From a virus: DNA of 60,630 nt. Where the stretch lies: the IMG/VR virus record IMGVR_UViG_3300046727_000269. One strand, given 5' to 3'. This document shows positions 1-8,280 of this stretch, one piece after another. How positions within the stretch are numbered: the stretch's first letter is position 1; every line of letters begins with the position of its first letter. The notes under the pieces were generated by a model that was not told the DNA's origin, did not search any database, and saw nothing but the letters and a program-made list of their open reading frames with translations. The position numbers and the translations under genes were made by a program.

Positions 1-127
1 GGGGGCGGGAGCGTTTGCGGGGCACGGTGACCTACCTCTTTTTGTTGCCTTTTCGTTTTCTGCGTACGTTGCCCACAGACTTCATCGGCAACTCTTCCCC
101 TTCATACACCAAAACTTTAGGAAGTGA
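1..127. repeat. Terminal overlap copy 1 (identical to 60504-60630); contig closes on itself
   Basis: nt 1-127 (gggggcgggagcgtttgcgg...ctttaggaagtga) recur base-for-base as the last 127 nt; genes run continuously across the junction. Confidence 0.9.
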
Positions 128-229
128 TTGACGCCATTGAGCGTACCCACAAGTACAGATACCAGTGCCAGTAGATTGGTCACAGGATCGTTCGTGGCCT
201 CGCTTAGCGTAGGATGTAGGTGTTGCCAT
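32..229 (-). CDS. Hypothetical small protein (65 aa), Cys-containing with basic C-terminal tail
   Basis: ORF track 32..235; ATG at 229 overlaps upstream stop by 1 nt (TGATG), GTG 235 is an alternative start; ends RRKRKGNKKR; no family recognised. Confidence 0.5.
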   Translation of the reverse strand: MATPTSYAKRGHERSCDQSTGTGICTCGYAQWRQSLPKVLVYEGEELPMKSVGNVRRKRKGNKKR

Positions 230-549
230 CAACACTCCCCCTCTTCCCTCACCACCTCCACCACCTCCACCACTTTATATTTCCCGTGGTGACCCTTCTC
301 AGCCCACTTCTTCAACCCGGCCCTTGCGCTCTCCAGTGTTGGGGAGAAGAACTGGTCCGGGGGTAGGGGGGAGTCGATGGAGGGGGAGGGGCGTGTGATG
401 GTGACGCGGAATTGTGACATTAGCTTTCCTCTGGGGTGGGGGCCATAATACCGTCCTGTATTCGAGCCTCGGAAATCCAAACCCACACCCCATCCTCTTT
501 TAATTTTGTACCGACAGACTTCATAGAGATAATCAAGTCGTCCGCTCAT
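229..549 (-). CDS. Hypothetical protein (106 aa)
   Basis: ORF track; ATG 549 overlaps the stop of the small upstream ORF (ATGA); tightly packed in the minus-strand operon. Confidence 0.55.
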   Translation of the reverse strand: MSGRLDYLYEVCRYKIKRGWGVGLDFRGSNTGRYYGPHPRGKLMSQFRVTITRPSPSIDSPLPPDQFFSPTLESARAGLKKWAEKGHHGKYKVVEVVEVVREEGEC

Positions 550-635
550 TCAATGGCAGAGTCTTTTTTAAGCCACGTTGAGTCGATGTAACGTGGGCCA
601 AAGTATGGGTTGACCATTACGATGAAGAGTTTCAT
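546..635 (-). CDS. Small ORF (29 aa, MKLFIVMVNPYFGPRYIDSTWLKKDSAIE)
   Basis: Hand translation; ATG 635 lies 8 nt after the TTTCACAGGGAAA motif with an AAGGA RBS; stop overlaps the next start (ATGA). Below the 60-aa track cutoff. Confidence 0.35.
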   Translation of the reverse strand: MKLFIVMVNPYFGPRYIDSTWLKKDSAIE

Positions 636-643
636 GAGTCCTT

Positions 644-656
644 TTTCCCTGTGAAA
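644..656 (-). promoter_or_regulatory. TTTCACAGGGAAA motif, exact copy, gene sense
   Basis: Minus strand reads TTTCACAGGGAAA-AAGGACTC-ATG (8 nt to ATG 635); sits between the ERCC4 gene stop (661) and the next ORF. Confidence 0.7.
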
Positions 657-660
657 GATT

Positions 661-1479
661 CTATCCTTCGTCCCTCAACCCTCTCACCTGATCGTAAATC
701 TTCTGTGCCAGTACCTTCCCGATCCCCGGCACCTTCCCATCGGGGTCCTTTACCTTCTCCAGTGCCTTCACGTCCGCCTGACACAGGGCATAGAGGGAAG
801 GGAAGTGGCGCTCGATTAGCCCCGACCTGTCCCACCCAATGCCATCGAGGGTGAAGGCAGCACGGCGGAGGGTAGAGGCTTTCGTCACCGTGACGTGATT
901 TTGTGGCCTATGGATGGCTACGTGGGCACTGTGTTTCTCCCAGGGTTTGGAGTACGAGTGGTGCAATGCCAAAACAAACTCCACGGTGCTTCTCTCATCT
1001 ACCGTATGCTTCACATGCAGGGGCGTACACATTTGCAGAGTGTTGAGGTACGCTTCCATCTCTAGGCTTACGAATGTCTGTGTACCGACTTGGCACGGCA
1101 CCCAGTCCCGGCCTCTCTTCGTCTCCAACATTCCCGTGGTCCAATTCGACCGATATCTCCCCTCTACAACTAACCACGATTCCGCCCCGTACTCACGGAA
1201 CAATTTGGGCAACTGTTCACCGGACAATCGCCCGGATCGTATGTCCGACAGTAGCCCTTTCACCGTTTTGCGCTCGATCCCAACAAGGACCGGCCCATCG
1301 GGACCATTGCCAGAAAAGCAGAAGTCCCCCGCGTCAAGTTGTTTGGGGTGGGCGGGTGGGTGGGTGCGGTGGGAACGGAGGAGGGTGAGCATGTCGGTGC
1401 CTACGGTACGGGCGGAGTCGTGCGGGTGGACGCGTTCTTTTTCGCGGAGGTCCACGTAGATGGGAGAGAGGTCGGTCAC
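661..1479 (-). CDS. ERCC4/XPF-Mus81-type structure-specific nuclease with C-terminal helix-hairpin-helix
   Basis: 272 aa; GDFCF...VGIERKTVKGLLSDIRSGRLSGEQ matches the GDxn-ERK-x3-D ERCC4 signature; C-terminal VPGIGKVLAQKI is HhH-like; GTG start. Confidence 0.8.
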   Translation of the reverse strand: MTDLSPIYVDLREKERVHPHDSARTVGTDMLTLLRSHRTHPPAHPKQLDAGDFCFSGNGPDGPVLVGIERKTVKGLLSDIRSGRLSGEQLPKLFREYGAESWLVVEGRYRSNWTTGMLETKRGRDWVPCQVGTQTFVSLEMEAYLNTLQMCTPLHVKHTVDERSTVEFVLALHHSYSKPWEKHSAHVAIHRPQNHVTVTKASTLRRAAFTLDGIGWDRSGLIERHFPSLYALCQADVKALEKVKDPDGKVPGIGKVLAQKIYDQVRGLRDEG

Positions 1480-1483
1480 GGAG

Positions 1484-1678
1484 TTACTGAACCATTCTTA
1501 CTAACAAAATATCAACTGCCGTCTTGGGATCTTTGGACGCTGGGCAGTCGGGAGAGACTTGTTTATGGTGCATCTCCACCAAATAACAAGCTACAGATAA
1601 AGGCGGGTCCTCTGGGAGTACATGGACGGACCTAGATTGGTTTGGTGAGCACATTGCACACCTGTAGAAAATCATCAT
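1484..1678 (-). CDS. Hypothetical small Cys-rich protein (64 aa)
   Basis: ORF track 1484..1687; ATG 1678 overlaps the upstream stop (ATGA); exactly fills the gap before the ERCC4 start; visibly A/T-richer than its neighbours. Confidence 0.4.
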   Translation of the reverse strand: MMIFYRCAMCSPNQSRSVHVLPEDPPLSVACYLVEMHHKQVSPDCPASKDPKTAVDILLVRMVQ

Positions 1679-1908
1679 ACCTGCCACCGCAACGGCTCCG
1701 GTTCACGACTGGGCGCGTAGTCGGGGGGAGGGGTGCCTTGGCAGTACTTAGACACAGCACCCACCCTCGGCACACTGGAGAACTTCTCACAGCTACAACG
1801 AATGCACGGACCACTCCCAGGGTGAATGATGCCACTCAGTCCCGGTTTAACGTGCTCCCGCATGTGGTGACCACACTTACAATGCGTTCTCATTCTCATC
1901 CTTTTCAT
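1675..1908 (-). CDS. Small zinc-binding protein with CxCGH...PCxxCxC motif (77 aa)
   Basis: MKRMRMRTHCKCGHHMREH...GPCIRCSCEKF; ATG 1908 overlaps the upstream stop (ATGA); motif recurs at 16764..16922 and inside 58233..59747. Confidence 0.6.
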   Translation of the reverse strand: MKRMRMRTHCKCGHHMREHVKPGLSGIIHPGSGPCIRCSCEKFSSVPRVGAVSKYCQGTPPPDYAPSREPEPLRWQV

Positions 1909-2756
1909 TGCCCCCACACCTCCGGTGTCAACATTGTATCCGGGAACACTTCCATCCCCAGGTTCCAAAACGTGCTCGTACCCTCTTTCGCCCGCCATAT
2001 CTTCCCCATCAGATTAGACCCAAACCTCGTAGCCTGTCTATCATCGAGGCACGTGTAGAAATCCTTGTAGATCCTATCCCACCCACACCATACCGCCATG
2101 TCCATCATGTATCCAATGTCCCCGTACCCTTGCCGGTCGTACTCCCCGGTCCATTCCCCCGGACTGTTGGGGTTGGCACCAGCCGCTTTTTTATATTGCT
2201 TCTTCACCTTGTGGACGAAGATGAGGTTGAGGTCGGGGCGTTTCTTGTAGAGGTCCCAGAACAGTTTTGTGTAGTCGGCATTCATCGTGCCCCTGACATC
2301 GAGGCGGGCATTCCCCTTGAGCTTGCCGTAGTACGCGAGTTCACACAGGTCCTTTACTCCCGTCCCCGTGTCCTGGACGAGGGTGCGGATCTTGGGATTG
2401 GCAAGCACAGCATAGTGTGCGTCTTTCGTCCTCTGCCACGCGTCCCACCAGGATTGATGCTGTACCTTATCCACGTCGGCGGCGGCGATTACCTTCGGGT
2501 CCGGCGCGTTCCAGTCCATCGCGAGGTCGTAGATTACGCGGCCTTTGGCGCGGGCCTCGCTGATGACGTTGGCGGTGCCGGGGTCGTTGTACACTACCGC
2601 GATAGGGTCCGGTGCCGTCATGAGGGCGTAGTAGGTCTTTCCACATTTGTCCAGGCCGTCGAGGTTGATCGCGAGGCGGGGGATGGTGGGCTTGGACTGG
2701 GTGGAGGTGAAGAATTGGTCGAATTGGGGGGTGGTGGTCATGCCGTTGGTGCTCAT
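1905..2756 (-). CDS. AAA_24 / Sak4-like RecA-fold ATPase (recombination mediator)
   Basis: 283 aa; Walker A-like INLDGLDKCGKTYYAL, followed by PIAVVYNDPG and TLVQDTGTG; sits next to an exonuclease gene as in Sak4 modules. Confidence 0.7.
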   Translation of the reverse strand: MSTNGMTTTPQFDQFFTSTQSKPTIPRLAINLDGLDKCGKTYYALMTAPDPIAVVYNDPGTANVISEARAKGRVIYDLAMDWNAPDPKVIAAADVDKVQHQSWWDAWQRTKDAHYAVLANPKIRTLVQDTGTGVKDLCELAYYGKLKGNARLDVRGTMNADYTKLFWDLYKKRPDLNLIFVHKVKKQYKKAAGANPNSPGEWTGEYDRQGYGDIGYMMDMAVWCGWDRIYKDFYTCLDDRQATRFGSNLMGKIWRAKEGTSTFWNLGMEVFPDTMLTPEVWGQ

Positions 2757-2998
2757 AGTTCTTGGATTTCCTTAATTACGTCGTTGATGCCCTTGAGGGT
2801 TATCTTGTGCTCCAACTCAGTGATGACCTTCCTCTGCCATTGAATCGTCCCGGCTTGGGCATCCCGTTCCAGCCTCAACGAGTTGATGGTTTGATACAGG
2901 TGCTCGATGGCCCCCATTGATATCCTGTGGCTCGTGTAGACCCAGCCTAGGAGGATGGCGACGAAGATGAAGGCCCAGAAAAAACTGTCGTGTATCAT
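2753..2998 (-). CDS. Hypothetical membrane protein (81 aa), N-terminal TM + coiled coil
   Basis: FFWAFIFVAILLGWVY hydrophobic segment; ATGA overlaps at both ends. Confidence 0.6.
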   Translation of the reverse strand: MIHDSFFWAFIFVAILLGWVYTSHRISMGAIEHLYQTINSLRLERDAQAGTIQWQRKVITELEHKITLKGINDVIKEIQEL

Positions 2999-3600
2999 GA
3001 GTGTTCCTCTCTTTTCACGTTGGCGTGATCCTTATTCCTCAGCACCATGTCCCATACGGAATCAATCTCCTCTTGCTCAAAGGTGACGGATTCGGGGCGG
3101 TATACCGGGTCGATCCCTTGGTAGTCCCCGCGCAAATACACGGGGTGGAAGATTACTGTGCAGTGCCCCGGACCGTACTGAGCCTGCAACATCTTCAGGT
3201 ACCCGCACGCCTGCCACATCCAAAGTTGGTTGGAGCCGAGGGGGTGCTTAGAACTCTTATACGTTGTCTTGAACTCGTGCAGGACCAAATCACAATCCAG
3301 CCCATCAGGAGTTCCGTGGACTCCATCTAGGCTCATCTCCCCCGGTTGCCAGATTAGGCCGGGGATTCTCGCCGCCATCCATTCTTCCCAGGCGAATCCC
3401 AGGGCGAATCGTACGCTCGTGCCCTTGTGAGGGCCGGGGCCGTTGGCAGTGTCTAGGACCTCGTTCAGGTCGTCCCCGTAGTCCTTGATGGTGCCGAGGG
3501 TGCGGGTGATGTAGAGGAGGACGCCAGAGAGATGCGTGCCGGTGGACCGGGTGGGGCCGGTACGGAGGGATAGAGGTTGTGGGTGAGGTTGGACGACCAT
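2995..3600 (-). CDS. PD-(D/E)XK exonuclease (YqaJ/lambda-Exo-like)
   Basis: HGTPDGLDCDLVLHEFKTTYKS fits the D...(D/E)xK core; start taken at ATG 3600 (MVVQPHP), 8 nt after the motif, rather than track start 3693. Confidence 0.7.
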   Translation of the reverse strand: MVVQPHPQPLSLRTGPTRSTGTHLSGVLLYITRTLGTIKDYGDDLNEVLDTANGPGPHKGTSVRFALGFAWEEWMAARIPGLIWQPGEMSLDGVHGTPDGLDCDLVLHEFKTTYKSSKHPLGSNQLWMWQACGYLKMLQAQYGPGHCTVIFHPVYLRGDYQGIDPVYRPESVTFEQEEIDSVWDMVLRNKDHANVKREEHS

Positions 3601-3608
3601 AAATAACT

Positions 3609-3621
3609 TTTCCCTGTGAAA
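3609..3621 (-). promoter_or_regulatory. TTTCACAGGGAAA motif, exact copy, gene sense
   Basis: Minus strand TTTTTTCACAGGGAAA-AGTTATTT-ATG (8 nt to ATG 3600). Confidence 0.7.
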
Positions 3622-3736
3622 AAATTCCGGGGACGGGTGGGAAATGGTGATATTGCTACCATCCCGCCCCCGGAGCCGGTACGGTGCCCTCACTCGATGA
3701 AAAGGAAAAGGCCCGTACCGAGGTCAAGGAGGAGTA

Positions 3737-4603
3737 TTACCCGGCCATCAGGATTCCACCTGATACCGTCCAGCCATTGCCCGCCGCGATCACCTCAAGA
3801 TTGGCCGCGTCCTTAAACAGTGCCGTGGCTTCTTTCACGATAGGCATACGGGCCGGGTTGTTGATGTTGTTGGCAACGCAGTAGTCGAGTACCGACTTGG
3901 CCGGGTTGCTGGAGAGGTCCACGGTACCAATGGACTTGAGGATGTTGGCGAGGTCCGGGGAGATACCGGACGGGGCGGTGCCGTTGGTGGCGGGCATGGA
4001 GACAACATTGGAGGGTACCTGTGCCTGAGCTTGAGGCATCGGAGCACCGGCCCTCGCCCCCGTCTCCCAAGCAAACTTGGCGTACGTCGGAACGTACACC
4101 TTGTTCTTCCGTTGCCCCTGCCCTGAAGCAGCCTGCCCCGGTTGCCGGTCCTGGAAATCCCGATCCTCCTGGTCCTGTTGGGCAAACATGATCTCGCTGC
4201 CCTCCAGCACGTGGACCCCCGCCCCTTCGTCCAGCTTGCCCTTGGGAAGGCCACAGGTGGACTTGAGTTTGTTGATGAGGTACTTGGAGCAATTGGATGA
4301 GTCGGAGATGCCGGTACGTCCGTGGAGAGCGAGACAGAACCCGCCTTGTGATGCCATGTCAGGGATGAACTCGACGGCGGGGCCGACGTTCCAGAACAAT
4401 TCCGTGGGTTTGCCTTCGTTACTCCCATCCGTGGGCTGGAACGTGATGAAGATGCCGCAGTTTGAATCCTTCGCCTGCTTACCGTTGTAGTCGTGGAGTT
4501 GATACCGGCACGATTTCACGATGCCGCGTCCTCCGGGGTAAAGAGCACCTACGGCAAACTCTTCGTTTGACACGCGGGTGGGGGTACTTTGTTGTGGGTG
4601 CAT
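3737..4603 (-). CDS. Hypothetical protein (288 aa); possible ssDNA-binding partner of the Sak4-like module
   Basis: ORF track; the only support for an SSB role is its position upstream of the exonuclease/ATPase genes; no OB-fold motif recognised. Confidence 0.55.
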   Translation of the reverse strand: MHPQQSTPTRVSNEEFAVGALYPGGRGIVKSCRYQLHDYNGKQAKDSNCGIFITFQPTDGSNEGKPTELFWNVGPAVEFIPDMASQGGFCLALHGRTGISDSSNCSKYLINKLKSTCGLPKGKLDEGAGVHVLEGSEIMFAQQDQEDRDFQDRQPGQAASGQGQRKNKVYVPTYAKFAWETGARAGAPMPQAQAQVPSNVVSMPATNGTAPSGISPDLANILKSIGTVDLSSNPAKSVLDYCVANNINNPARMPIVKEATALFKDAANLEVIAAGNGWTVSGGILMAG

Positions 4604-4646
4604 TGATTAGGTCCTTTGATCCTTTCTTGATTTGGTCTGAGTTGAA

Positions 4647-5228
4647 CTAACGCCGAAACGCTGGTTCGTCCCAGCGCTCAATAACGTACCTTTGCAGCCC
4701 CGGTGCCGTGACACATAGGAATGGGTCGGCATGGACTACGGATTTGTGCTTGTAGACTTCTGTGACTTGAAACTCCACGCGGTCCCCAAGATCACGGAAA
4801 ATCTTTTCAGCGGTCATGAGTACTTCCACGGGGATGGTTTGCTGGTAGACAATGGGACGGCCTGTTTTGTTGTCCCATCCACACTGACCACTCCGCATGG
4901 CTACCCAACGCCACTTGACGGTGATTGTAGTGGTGCTGTAGCGTTTCCGTCGTTTGACTTTGGGGAACTGGCTAACTTTGCCATTCATATACTTCTCAAC
5001 AGCGGTCAGTGGGTATACTGTGTAGTGGTTGTCGGACAGATACTTTTCTAGCTCGTACTGGCCGACGTGTTGAGCACCAGTCAGCCCCATGAAGTCAACG
5101 ATGCGTTGATGCTCAGTGAGGGCCTTGTTGCCCCGTTGAACCTTCACGGGGATACGGAGAGAATCAATATCTTCCCCAGTCTCTTCCTCTGTTACTGTGA
5201 CGAGTTGATCTTCTACATCCTCAGCCAT
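4647..5228 (-). CDS. Hypothetical protein (193 aa), acidic N-terminus
   Basis: ORF track; no family recognised. Confidence 0.6.
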   Translation of the reverse strand: MAEDVEDQLVTVTEEETGEDIDSLRIPVKVQRGNKALTEHQRIVDFMGLTGAQHVGQYELEKYLSDNHYTVYPLTAVEKYMNGKVSQFPKVKRRKRYSTTTITVKWRWVAMRSGQCGWDNKTGRPIVYQQTIPVEVLMTAEKIFRDLGDRVEFQVTEVYKHKSVVHADPFLCVTAPGLQRYVIERWDEPAFRR

Positions 5229-5247
5229 TGGGATCTCCTTTCTTGGG

Positions 5248-6789
5248 TTATGCTGCTACTGAAAGAGGGGGCGGTGGCACAGGTAGCTCGTTAGCATACC
5301 TTACCTGCCGCAGAAACCACGGCGGAAATAGATCACGGTTGCGCTTCAAAAACCAATTGGCATGGGCATCGAGTATAACTGTCTCAGCGCGGTCATCGAC
5401 CGCTCGCATAATCCGGCCCGTCTCCTGAACGAGGGTCTGCGCCGTGAGGTAGCTCAAGTATTCCGGGTCCGCCTCGTGTCTCGCCTTCATCACGGGGGAG
5501 CGGGCGTCGATGAAAGGGACTTTTATTATGATCTGAAATTCTGCATCGGTGTAGCTGAAATCGTACCCTGTTGTGATGGCCGGGGAAATGAGGATGGCAG
5601 GAGCACGGCACAGACGGAACTCTTCAATTGCCCCCTTCAATTCTCCCGCGTTCCTCGGGGCGATCATTATGGAACGGTTCCGAGAGTCGCGGAGAATGTC
5701 TTTCTGCCGTTGGTAACTTACCGTGTGGATCAACCCCTTGCGATCCTGCCGTTGGTCAATCAGCATGTCCATACGGCCTATGACTTCCTGCCACTGACCC
5801 TCCCCCATCTTGTGGTCAACGCGGCATGGGCCGAAGAGATAGACGGGGCACCGGGACGGATCGAAGGTGTGGTCCTGGGATAAGAATAGGGACTCCTCCT
5901 CTTTCACCCCGAGGAGTTGCAGAGTCTTGGGGACGACGGTAGCGGACACAAGCAGAATCTTCGGCACGTCACGGAATAGATATTTGTGCGTGTGGTCGGT
6001 CGGCCACAGGGGACTTATCAGCGTCTCGTCCTTGTTGCTCTCGTCCAGTATCCAGGACTCGGGTACGTTCGCCAGCCTCTCGATAGAGAAGGCGAGGGCA
6101 TCGACCATGACCAGTCCCTTGTGATTGTTGGACTCCTTCACCGACTTGAGATGAGACTGAACCTTGGGTAGCAGAAATTTGGCCCACGTGCGCCAGTGGG
6201 CGATAGGTTTGCCGTACGGAGGGAAGGATTGGAAGATGTTGTAGAGGTGATTGTTGTGGTAGTGGTTCAGTCTCACTTCAATGGCGGAGCACACCTCCTG
6301 GACGAGGGAGTGGGCCTCGTCACAGATGAGGATGGAGGCGGGGCCTACCCCTTCGCTGTGGATTGCCGAGGACAACGAGTAGGCATAATTCGTCAACGCG
6401 AGATTGGATTGTAGGAACGCTTGGCGAGATACTTGGTACCCGCATGAAGAGTTGCGGCACCCGAGGATTCTGCCGTCGTTGCAGGACCCCGCGTGCTCGA
6501 CGCAAGAGAAGTTTTGACGGCCCCGCATGTCGGTCAGGCCGGGGAAGCCGTCGTTAGAAAGTTGGTCCTGGAGGGACTTGGAGGCGGTATTGTAGATGGC
6601 ACGGCCTCCTGTGAGGATTGCCGAGGCTACTGCGTACCCTGTTTTGCCAAATCCTGTTGGCCCACACTGGGCAATGAACCGGCGATCCGTTGTCACCGTC
6701 GTCTCCACCGACTCCCATTGGCCGGGACGCCAGGATTGGAACTTGGGTGGGAGGCCCAGGTCAGCGGGAGTGATGAGGGAGGAAGTCAT
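5248..6789 (-). CDS. XPD/Rad3/DinG-like superfamily-2 helicase with Fe-S cluster cysteines
   Basis: 513 aa; Walker A CGPTGFGKTG, DEAH box ILICDEAHSL, four-Cys block FSCVEHAGSCNDGRILGCRNSSCGY between them. Confidence 0.85.
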   Translation of the reverse strand: MTSSLITPADLGLPPKFQSWRPGQWESVETTVTTDRRFIAQCGPTGFGKTGYAVASAILTGGRAIYNTASKSLQDQLSNDGFPGLTDMRGRQNFSCVEHAGSCNDGRILGCRNSSCGYQVSRQAFLQSNLALTNYAYSLSSAIHSEGVGPASILICDEAHSLVQEVCSAIEVRLNHYHNNHLYNIFQSFPPYGKPIAHWRTWAKFLLPKVQSHLKSVKESNNHKGLVMVDALAFSIERLANVPESWILDESNKDETLISPLWPTDHTHKYLFRDVPKILLVSATVVPKTLQLLGVKEEESLFLSQDHTFDPSRCPVYLFGPCRVDHKMGEGQWQEVIGRMDMLIDQRQDRKGLIHTVSYQRQKDILRDSRNRSIMIAPRNAGELKGAIEEFRLCRAPAILISPAITTGYDFSYTDAEFQIIIKVPFIDARSPVMKARHEADPEYLSYLTAQTLVQETGRIMRAVDDRAETVILDAHANWFLKRNRDLFPPWFLRQVRYANELPVPPPPLSVAA

Positions 6790-7067
6790 ACGTTGAACTT
6801 ATATTTCCTGCGCCATGCCTCTGTTTTTAGGTACAAAGCCTTCTCTTCTTCCGTTGGTTTGAGTCTCCACCCGTACTCTCCGAAACCCTCAAATGCCAAA
6901 ACGATCAGTAGTGCAATAGGCCCGGCGACTAGCCCCCACATTAAGGCGAAGGATAGAGCCTGCCGATGGCTCTGATCGGGGTACTCATGTTGGGTGTGTG
7001 CGAAAGTAAACCCCGCAGCCAAAAGCCCAAGGAGCAACCAACCGAGAATGAACAATGCTACGTCCAC
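6786..7067 (-). CDS. Small membrane protein (93 aa, two TM segments)
   Basis: Start taken at GTG 7067, 13 nt after the motif; ALFILGWLLLGLLAAGF and LMWGLVAGPIALLIVLAF; stop overlaps the helicase start (ATGA). Confidence 0.55.
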   Translation of the reverse strand: MDVALFILGWLLLGLLAAGFTFAHTQHEYPDQSHRQALSFALMWGLVAGPIALLIVLAFEGFGEYGWRLKPTEEEKALYLKTEAWRRKYKFNV

Positions 7068-7080
7068 TTTACCCGTTCCT

Positions 7081-7093
7081 TTTCCCTGTGAAA
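7081..7093 (-). promoter_or_regulatory. TTTCACAGGGAAA motif, exact copy, gene sense
   Basis: Lies 8 nt after the TAG of the zinc-ribbon ORF and 13 nt before GTG 7067. Confidence 0.7.
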
Positions 7094-7101
7094 ACTTCTT
7101 A

Positions 7102-7260
7102 CTACCTACTGCGCTTCTTTTTAGTGTCCTGCCTGTCCGCACTCGGTGACGGCATCGGACCTTCCCCGCATTCCTCACATGCTACGTTGCGTCCCATGTC
7201 GGATTGCGTGGCCCCACACCAAGGACACTTCACTTCTTCTACTGGTTCCAGTTTTTTCAT
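7102..7260 (-). CDS. Zinc-ribbon protein (52 aa)
   Basis: Hand translation MKKLEPVEEVKCPWCGATQSDMGRNVACEECGEGPM...KKKRSR; CxxC...CxxC; ATG 7260 shares 1 nt with the upstream stop (TGATG). Confidence 0.5.
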   Translation of the reverse strand: MKKLEPVEEVKCPWCGATQSDMGRNVACEECGEGPMPSPSADRQDTKKKRSR

Positions 7261-7985
7261 CACTGTTCCCTCAACCTAGGCCGGTGCTCATCGTCTGGCA
7301 CCACTTCGCTCCCACTCCCAATCCTCTTTACCGTTGCCGCGTACTCGCTCGGCTTCTTTACTGCCCCGCTCGCATTGAAGCAGTCCCGGTACTTGTGCTC
7401 GATCTCACCCTTGAATCGGCGGGTCCAGGTGGAGTCCTGCACCCCATCCAGCTTCGATCTGATAGCCCCCAGCATCTTCAACGCCTCGGCACTCTCCCCA
7501 GATCGCATGTGGCGGTCAATCTGAGCCTCGGTACGGGCCAGGGCTTCCTCCACCCGCGTCCTCATGTCGTCGTCCCGCGCCACCTCCATGATGGATTCGA
7601 GCGACGGGAGGATGTGTTTCTCGATGGAATTGCGTTGCGCTGTACACCAATACAGGTGCCGCTTCACAGCGTGGCGTATCATGGCGGCAACATCGATGTA
7701 GGGGAAGCGGAGGGACCGGACGATAATCTGTGCTGCCCTCACCATCGACGGGGGCATGGAGATATTCACCGTCATGTGGGCACCTCGGTCGTCTCTGCCC
7801 GCGATCACGAAGGTGTCTAGTTCTTCTATCGGGACTTCGGCATGCATGGAGCCGCAGGTGGGGCAGGGTACCATCACCTCTGGGTCCGCGTCGCGGTAGT
7901 CTATGTCGTCGGGGACGGAGCGAGTAGAGGAGGAAGGGACGTTATCGGGGTCCGAGTGGTGGTTACTGCCGTTGCGACGGGCCAT
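7260..7985 (-). CDS. Hypothetical protein (241 aa) with CPTCG zinc knuckle
   Basis: Start taken at ATG 7985 (MARRNGSNHH), just after the upstream stop at 7990; no family recognised. Confidence 0.6.
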   Translation of the reverse strand: MARRNGSNHHSDPDNVPSSSTRSVPDDIDYRDADPEVMVPCPTCGSMHAEVPIEELDTFVIAGRDDRGAHMTVNISMPPSMVRAAQIIVRSLRFPYIDVAAMIRHAVKRHLYWCTAQRNSIEKHILPSLESIMEVARDDDMRTRVEEALARTEAQIDRHMRSGESAEALKMLGAIRSKLDGVQDSTWTRRFKGEIEHKYRDCFNASGAVKKPSEYAATVKRIGSGSEVVPDDEHRPRLREQ

Positions 7986-7989
7986 GTGA

Positions 7990-8277
7990 TTAGATGTTCC
8001 CCTCAGATTTCTTAGCCTCATCGTAGATTGGGATGCACGGGCACTGGAATACCCCATGGTCCTCACATCGCTTGTGGGCTTGGGCAAACTCTTTGGCAGC
8101 GTCAATGTTCAGAAAGTCTTTATCCGGGAATTGAACAGCGTACATAGACTGCGGGCAACCCTTGTTCTTGGGATCGTATCTGGCTATCGACACAAACACC
8201 CGATCCCCAGAAATTCCAAACCAGTTTCCACCAACCTCTTTCCACTGCAACAGGGGTACACCAATCTCTTTAGACAT
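7990..8277 (-). CDS. Hypothetical protein (95 aa)
   Basis: ORF track; tightly packed. Confidence 0.6.
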   Translation of the reverse strand: MSKEIGVPLLQWKEVGGNWFGISGDRVFVSIARYDPKNKGCPQSMYAVQFPDKDFLNIDAAKEFAQAHKRCEDHGVFQCPCIPIYDEAKKSEGNI

Positions 8278-8280
8278 ATC

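Noticed and set aside
1-127. The terminal 127-nt repeat as a biological direct terminal repeat or cos-type end
   Set aside because: An exact length of 127 matches a standard assembler k-mer, and genes read straight through the junction. Assembly overlap of a circular or permuted molecule is the simpler explanation. It cannot be fully excluded without reads.
632-854. ORFs 632..835 (-) and 651..854 (+)
   Set aside because: Both overlap the 3' end of the ERCC4 nuclease gene in other frames and have Gly/Arg/Pro-rich shadow-type translations.
1905-2756. The AAA_24-like ATPase as the genome-packaging ATPase
   Set aside because: Its sequence pattern and its neighbours (exonuclease, ERCC4 nuclease) fit a Sak4-type recombination mediator better. 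A packaging role cannot be excluded and is flagged in the findings.
1908-2843. Long plus-strand ORFs antisense to minus-strand genes (for example 1908..2843 311 aa, 7146..7820, 22978..23679, 28993..29610, 33993..34631, 41807..42481, 56971..57639)
   Set aside because: They overlap minus-strand ORFs that carry clear catalytic motifs or fit the stop-start-coupled operon structure. Their translations are Arg/Pro/Gly-rich and low-complexity, as is typical of antisense frames in GC-rich DNA, and they lack RBS-like sequences.
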